Source: Candidatus Saccharimonadota bacterium (GTDB taxonomy: Bacteria > Patescibacteriota > Gracilibacteria > BD1-5 > UBA2023). From it: a DNA stretch of 32,000 bases. This document shows positions 27,404-32,000 of the stretch, in pieces (position 1 is the stretch's first letter; every line of letters starts with the position of its first letter). The notes beneath the pieces are model-generated. The model did not search any database, had not been told where the DNA came from, and was given only the letters and a program-made list of their open reading frames with translations. The DNA lies in the NCBI GenBank assembly GCA_963706795.1, contig OY970170.1, forward strand, positions 900,001 through 932,000, given 5' to 3'. The translations under genes and the position numbers were made by a program.

Positions 27404-28048
27404 ATGGAAAAGTTCGTGCTCGCAACCGAGGCCCGAGATCTCTCTGCAAAGCTCCTTACGCTTCGCGCATCCAAGAAGGTTCCAGCTGTAGTATATGGTC
27501 ACTCAGTTGACCCTGTACACGTTTCAGTTGATGCTTCTGAATTCCTCAAGACTTACCGAAAGGCAGGTGGTACTCATCTCGTTGACCTTACAGTAAACGG
27601 TAAGAAAATGTCTGTTCTCATCCACGAGACTCAGCGTCATCCAGTTTCTGGAGATTTTCTCCACATCGACTTCTTTGCGGTTTCTGCAAAAGAAAAGATT
27701 ACGGTTGATATCCCTCTCGAACTCGTTGGTAAGTCTCAGGCAGTTATCGAAGGTGCTGAAGTGAACCAGAATCTCCACTCAGTATCTGTAAAGGTACTTC
27801 CTGGTGATCTCGTTGACAAGATCGAAGTTGACATTGCTTCACTCGTAAAGGCAGGTGACGTTATTCACCTCTCTGACATCATCGCACTCTACCCAAAACT
27901 CGAAATCCTCACTCCTGCAGCTGAGTCAATCGCTTCAGCAAGTCTTCCAAAGGAATATTCTGATGAACTCGAAGTTTCTGATATTGCAGACGTAGCAACT
28001 GTTCAGGACGAAAAGGCAGCAGAAAAAGAAGCTGAAGCTTCAGCATAA
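27404..28048 (+). CDS. rplY: 50S ribosomal protein L25 / general stress protein Ctc (long form)
   Basis: MEKFVLATEARDLSAKLLTLRASKKVPAVVYGHSVDPVHVSVDASEF...HPVSGDFLHIDF, plus a second beta domain and an acidic tail. Confidence 0.88.
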   Translation: MEKFVLATEARDLSAKLLTLRASKKVPAVVYGHSVDPVHVSVDASEFLKTYRKAGGTHLVDLTVNGKKMSVLIHETQRHPVSGDFLHIDFFAVSAKEKITVDIPLELVGKSQAVIEGAEVNQNLHSVSVKVLPGDLVDKIEVDIASLVKAGDVIHLSDIIALYPKLEILTPAAESIASASLPKEYSDELEVSDIADVATVQDEKAAEKEAEASA

Positions 28049-28061
28049 TTCACTCCAAACC

Positions 28062-28406
28062 ATGCTTATTAAGCTTGTTGGTCAAGGTACAGAACTTGCA
28101 TCACTCACTACTCTCGTAAACGAGTCTCTCGCTGAGCTCGGTTTGAATGAGCTCGTGAGCGTCGAGATCAGTACAGACGAAGCCTATAAGATGGAGCTTG
28201 GAATCACTCAAAATCCTGCACTCTGCATCGAGGAGTCATCTATCGATTTCAAAGATATGATCTTCGAAGGAGTTGTTCCCGAAAAAGCTGAGCTCAACTC
28301 AATGTTTGTCTCAATCCTCGGAGTAGGTGACGAAGGTGGTGGAAGTTGTAGTACCGAAGGATCTTGCGGCACTGGTGGCTGCGGATCATGTTCTTCTGCA
28401 CATTAA
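28062..28406 (+). CDS. thioredoxin-fold protein (MTH895/ArsE-like small thioredoxin family) lacking the CxxC site, with a Cys/Gly/Ser-rich tail
   Basis: MLIKLVGQGTELASL...LAELGL...VSVEISTDEAYKMELGITQNPALCIE...GVVPEKAELNSMF follows the small single-domain thioredoxin pattern. The usual GxGCxxC is replaced by GQGTELA. The C-terminus is GGGSCSTEGSCGTGGCGSCSSAH. Confidence 0.55.
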   Translation: MLIKLVGQGTELASLTTLVNESLAELGLNELVSVEISTDEAYKMELGITQNPALCIEESSIDFKDMIFEGVVPEKAELNSMFVSILGVGDEGGGSCSTEGSCGTGGCGSCSSAH

Positions 28407-28417
28407 GTTTTCACTTA

Positions 28418-28452
28418 CAAAATCCCCTGCGAAAGCAGGGGATTTTGTTTCT
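28418..28452 (+). terminator. intrinsic terminator
   Basis: AATCCCCTGCgaaaGCAGGGGATTttgtttc. Confidence 0.8.
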
Positions 28453-28526
28453 TTGACTCGCACTTTTTTTGTGCCATATTATTGGCCTCCCCATTTTACT
28501 GCTCTCATATTTTCTTCTTCCTCCTT

Positions 28527-29114
28527 ATGCCCACTACGCGTATCCATGTGAATGGGAAAGACCATCCAACGCTCCTGCGATTTCAAAAGATTGTGCATCC
28601 GGATGAACTGAGTACTTCGCTCACACCAGCGCTTGTTCAAATCAAAAAAACTTTGGATGAAATTCTTGAGAGAAATACCATCGCAAAGGCAACTATTAGG
28701 ATGAATTTGGCAAAGGAAAAGATTGATGGCGATGAACTTTGGGTGCCTAAAACGGATGTTATCACTGCGGATCTGGTTTTTGGATGACTCTACGCTCCTG
28801 TCTGAAAAAAGAAGGGAATGTACGAATTAAAACCGCAAAGAGACTATCATATCCCACTTGAGTTTTCACTCCGTTCTCTCAAGAAATCTCCCGAAAATGT
28901 TTGGGTACTCTGAATCGATATCCGAAATAAAGTCTACAGACTCCTCAATGAGCTTCTCCAAAAAGAAGAAGAAGCCCTCAGAGATCCAGTCATAAAAATG
29001 GAGACAAAATATCCATGAAAACCTAATAATTGGGCAGGAATTCGTGATATGCAGCGTCAAAAGATATCAGGCGTTATGGAACGTATTTGATTAAATCCAC
29101 TTGATAACTCATAG
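28527..29114 (+). CDS. hypothetical protein (195 aa under code 25, five in-frame TGA)
   Basis: ORF-track 28482..28787 continues in frame through TGA at 28785, 28803, 28911, 29016 and 29088 to TAG at 29112. That is 109 further codons without TAA or TAG (about 3% expected by chance). No family recognised. Confidence 0.5.
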
Positions 29115-29154
29115 AAATCAGTAGGATACTTCGTTTTACTCTCTAAAACCTTCT

Positions 29155-30072
29155 ATGAATCTCGCAAAACGAATATTTTTCTTCGTGCTCATTAATATAG
29201 GACTTCTCGTATCGATCAGTGTTCTCGTATTTATACTCGAGAGAGTTTTTGGTATCCGAATCACACCAAATCTCGCCAATGGCTATACCTCACTTGCCAT
29301 CTACAGTCTCGTATTTGGTTTTGGGAGTGCCTTTATAAGCCTTGCATTCTCCCGAATCATGGCGAAATGGATGTATAAAATCAAAATGCTCTCCGAAGAG
29401 CGTCTCATGGACTACAGTACCAAAGAGCAGCTTGTATATTCGATTGTTGCTCGCATCGCCAAGCGAGAGGGGATTGCAGTGCCACAGGTTGGGATATATG
29501 ATTCTCCTGAGCCTAATGCATTCGCAACTGGACCAACCCGTAACCGAGCGCTCGTAACAGCTTCTAGTGGACTCCTTGAAACCATGAATCAAGAAGAAAT
29601 TGAAGGTGTCATCGGTCATGAAATGTCCCATGTACTCAATGGTGATATGGTTACTATGACGCTTCTACAATGAGTGCTCAATGCTCTCGTGATCTTTGTA
29701 TCTCGCATCCTCGCTTCATTTATCTCAAGTGCTCTTAATAAGGACGAAGAATCGAGCTGGTTATATCCTATCCTCGTCATCGGTCTCCAGATTGGACTCG
29801 GCTTTGCTGCAATGATCGTGCTCATGGCATTTTCCCGCCACCGCGAATATCGCGCAGACGAAGGAAGTGCGAAACTCCTCGGAAAATCCAAAATGATCGC
29901 CGCACTCAAACGACTCGGCACACTCCAAGAAAAGCTCACTGGCCATGTCGAGACAGACTCACGAATTGCTTCATTTCAGATTACGGAGTACTCGTTCTCT
30001 ACACTCTTCTCATCTCATCCTCCACTTACAGAGAGAGTGAAGGCTCTTGAGGCTCGATATGATATCGCCTAA
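29155..30072 (+). CDS. htpX: zinc metalloprotease HtpX (peptidase M48)
   Basis: HEMSHVLNGDMVTMTLLQ-G-VLNA (TGA at 29671), N-terminal TM helices, and REYRADEGSAKL...HPPLTERVKAL. Confidence 0.92.
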
Positions 30073-30119
30073 AAAAATCCCCCTCCGAAGCTCGTAAGAG
30101 CGAAGGAGGGGGATTTTTT
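30071..30119. terminator. bidirectional terminator
   Basis: aaaaaaATCCCCCTCCgaagctcgtaagagcgaaGGAGGGGGATttttt. Confidence 0.8.
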
Positions 30120-31005
30120 AACTATTCATGGAAAGTTTTGTAGATATGACATTAAAGAGCATGCCAAATACTACCATTCCATAGATCGTATTTACACCCA
30201 TGGCTACACGTTGCAATGCTGTCTGAGGAGAAGCATCGATTCCAAGACCCGAAATCGTCACGAGCGAATTAAAGAAGTAATTCGAATAATCCGTGAGATG
30301 TGGAATCATCCTGAGATTATCCGGAGCAAAGTAATCCGCCAACCAATATATGCTTGCAAAAAATATGATCGAAAGTGCACAAGTAAGAGACAGACGCACA
30401 AAGCTCGTCCCATAATTAGATATTCCCCGAAATATTGAAAAACCAATGTAGAGACCAAATTCTCGATTGAGGAAGAATCGATTTTTCTTGATATTCATCC
30501 GCGTTGTATAGAGCTCTAGGACTCGATCTGACATACTCATATCTTTGTAATATCGCTCAAGTGTGTGTACATAGTGTTCACAAACGTACAAGAAGGCCTT
30601 CATCTGGTTGAGATGGATCTTGTTCTCGAGGATATTCAGGCGACGATTTACAGCATTAAAATAGCGCTTGAGATGTACGATTACTCCAAATTTTTTAATC
30701 TCACCAAATGCATCAATTTCACCGAGCGATTCATGTGTGATATGTGTGATCTGCGTATCCATTTCCATCAAAAACATATGGAAGAGCTTCTGCATCTCAG
30801 GAGTTTCGATCGTAAAAAGACGCAATTTGGTCACGAGACCATAAAAAAGTATCTCGAGTCGTCGCTCTGATCCATGCTTTGTTGCTGCGAGTTCCTTCTT
30901 TAAAAACGCGTCAATACTCTGGAGCTCGCGCTTCGTTTCAATATCCTCACCTAGTACAAATGGCTTGATAGTTGAGAGTGTGAAGGCAATGTTTTCTGTG
31001 TTCAT
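30118..31005 (-). CDS. two-TM potassium-channel-like pore protein with a ~190-aa cytoplasmic N-terminal domain
   Basis: C-terminal TM1 (LSLTCALSIIFFASIYWL), a pore helix plus filter-like NYFFNSLVTISGLGIDASP, and TM2 (MGVNTIYGMVVFGMLFNVI). The filter reads T-I-S-G-L-G-I-D instead of T-V-G-Y-G-D. Confidence 0.6.
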   Translation of the reverse strand: MNTENIAFTLSTIKPFVLGEDIETKRELQSIDAFLKKELAATKHGSERRLEILFYGLVTKLRLFTIETPEMQKLFHMFLMEMDTQITHITHESLGEIDAFGEIKKFGVIVHLKRYFNAVNRRLNILENKIHLNQMKAFLYVCEHYVHTLERYYKDMSMSDRVLELYTTRMNIKKNRFFLNREFGLYIGFSIFRGISNYGTSFVRLSLTCALSIIFFASIYWLADYFAPDNLRMIPHLTDYSNYFFNSLVTISGLGIDASPQTALQRVAMGVNTIYGMVVFGMLFNVISTKLSMNS

Positions 31006-31066
31006 ATGGCTATACTAGCGCATCTCGAGATATGCGACAATATTCACGACATGACAAATCCTGCAT

Positions 31067-31795
31067 TTATGACCTAATTAAGACAAGAAAAAACCGCCCG
31101 AAGTGGGCGGTTTTCATTTTGTATCAATGGACTCAGATAGCAAAGCTCGATCGAATAATCAAAAAGCTTGCAAACCAAATCCCACAGGCACGAACTCGAT
31201 GGAACCATCTGGCATAGCGTTCTGCAAAGTACTGCAGAGCGCCATAGAGTATCCAAGCACCTATGATCATACTGATTACACCAAAGATATTACCAAGTAA
31301 ATACCAGGATGTTTCCATCCAATCTTTACCAATAATATTTGCAGTATTCACAGCAATGTCATCTGTGCAATTTACTCCAAAACCCTTAAAAGCATCCTGG
31401 AATATTTTTGGAGTACTAACAGTTATGAGACTGACGAGCTTGCCGTAGAATGACGTATTTGTTTCGTCATCTTCCTCCGAATTTTCTTCTGAAGAATATG
31501 ATTCTTGCCATGCATCCACCCCCAATTTAAAAACAAGACCCGCAGCAATGAGGCCCACTGCGTACTTCAATGAGATACCCATGATCTTAACTTCAAGCAG
31601 TGCGGTCAATGAAGTTCCCACTGTAATCACGATCACGAGCATAACAATATACATAGCAATGAGTCCCGCAGTTGCCTGCAGTTTTTCCTTGCCATTTTTT
31701 GCACCAGCCATGATGCTACCAAAAATAATGGCGTCATCAATGCCGGTTGCATACCAAATAGTGAAACCGAACAGCATGAGCGCTAGCGGATCCAT
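31067..31795 (-). CDS. integral membrane protein, CadD/LysE-superfamily-like (220 aa to TGA 31133; 242 aa if read through to TAA 31067)
   Basis: MDPLALMLFGFTIWYATGIDDAIIFGSI... resembles the CadD-type 'ATxIDDxxxL' N-terminus. It has multiple TM helices and an acidic central loop. The family call is weak. Confidence 0.5.
31085..31114 (-). terminator. intrinsic terminator after the 31133 TGA
   Basis: Minus strand: AAACCGCCCacttcGGGCGGTTTtttcttg. Confidence 0.7.
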
Positions 31796-31798
31796 AGT

Positions 31799-31984
31799 TT
31801 AGTCCTTTATCTCGTATTTCAGAGATTTTGGCTGGCCCGAGGGCAGTTCTATGTGTTCAACATCGTCAGCTGGTGTAGCTATTTCCGGCTGAGGTACTTC
31901 TGTGGAAGCTTCTTGAAATTGGAACATTGCCTTGATGGCCTCCATTGCATCAGATACATCCTTCCACTTAATGGTCCCAAGCAT
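31799..31984 (-). CDS. small hypothetical protein (N-terminus may lie beyond the window)
   Basis: 61-aa ORF ending at TAA 3 nt before the downstream ATG, which suggests operon coupling. No stop lies upstream within the window. Confidence 0.3.
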   Translation of the reverse strand: MLGTIKWKDVSDAMEAIKAMFQFQEASTEVPQPEIATPADDVEHIELPSGQPKSLKYEIKD

Positions 31985-32000
31985 CTCTAAAATTGAATGC

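Noticed and set aside
1-32000. TGA read as tryptophan (table 4, Mycoplasma-like).
   Set aside because: Trp would replace invariant Gly in GGKGQ (UvrC), DxDxAG (DnaG Toprim) and DLAVGVIIG (MscL), and in the Gly-rich G/F region of the J-protein. TGG is also used normally for Trp in the same genes.
1-32000. Search for CRISPR arrays, tRNA/rRNA genes, IS elements and long direct repeats.
   Set aside because: I could see no regularly spaced direct repeats, tRNA-like T-arm/acceptor signatures, rRNA segments or transposase motifs in any intergenic region. Visual inspection cannot exclude short or degenerate elements.

Overview
This is a gene-dense chromosomal segment, roughly 90% coding, from a bacterium that reads TGA as glycine (translation table 25). 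That points to a Gracilibacteria/Absconditabacteria-type CPR/Patescibacteria lineage, which is an inference. About 40 in-frame TGA codons split the supplied ORF track. Read as Gly, the fragments fuse into intact genes. On the minus strand: rplL (partial), rplJ, dCMP deaminase, a YceD-like protein, a tandem Nudix protein, rpoD, dnaG, uvrC, a priA C-terminal half, nrdR, a secreted amidase-SpoIID protein, a K+-channel-like protein and a CadD-like membrane protein. On the plus strand: a PilX_N-like protein, a short DnaJ-like protein, a SpoU methyltransferase, an MFS transporter, mscL, a secreted helical protein followed by a 775-aa polytopic membrane protein, an O-methyltransferase, serS, a TIM-barrel isomerase, rplY, a thioredoxin-fold protein and htpX. 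Convergent gene pairs are separated by clear A-run/hairpin/T-run bidirectional terminators. No rRNA, tRNA, CRISPR array, transposase or integrase was recognised. The stand-out accessory locus lies at about 7.45-10.1 kb, between uvrC and dnaG. It holds a 395-nt non-coding, apparently structured leader, a 572-aa stand-alone reverse transcriptase recoded with six TGA-Gly codons, a 115-aa ORF with a strong Shine-Dalgarno (SD) site, and an intrinsic terminator. The layout resembles a retron or defence-associated RT (ncRNA + RT + small partner), but the family cannot be assigned by eye. Secondary oddities:
- two ORFs whose TGA 'stop' sits just upstream of a terminator;
- a PriA lacking its N-terminal helicase half;
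- a double-Nudix fusion;
- an L10 with an Ala/Pro/Glu-rich tail;
- a CxxC-less thioredoxin fold with a Cys/Gly tail.
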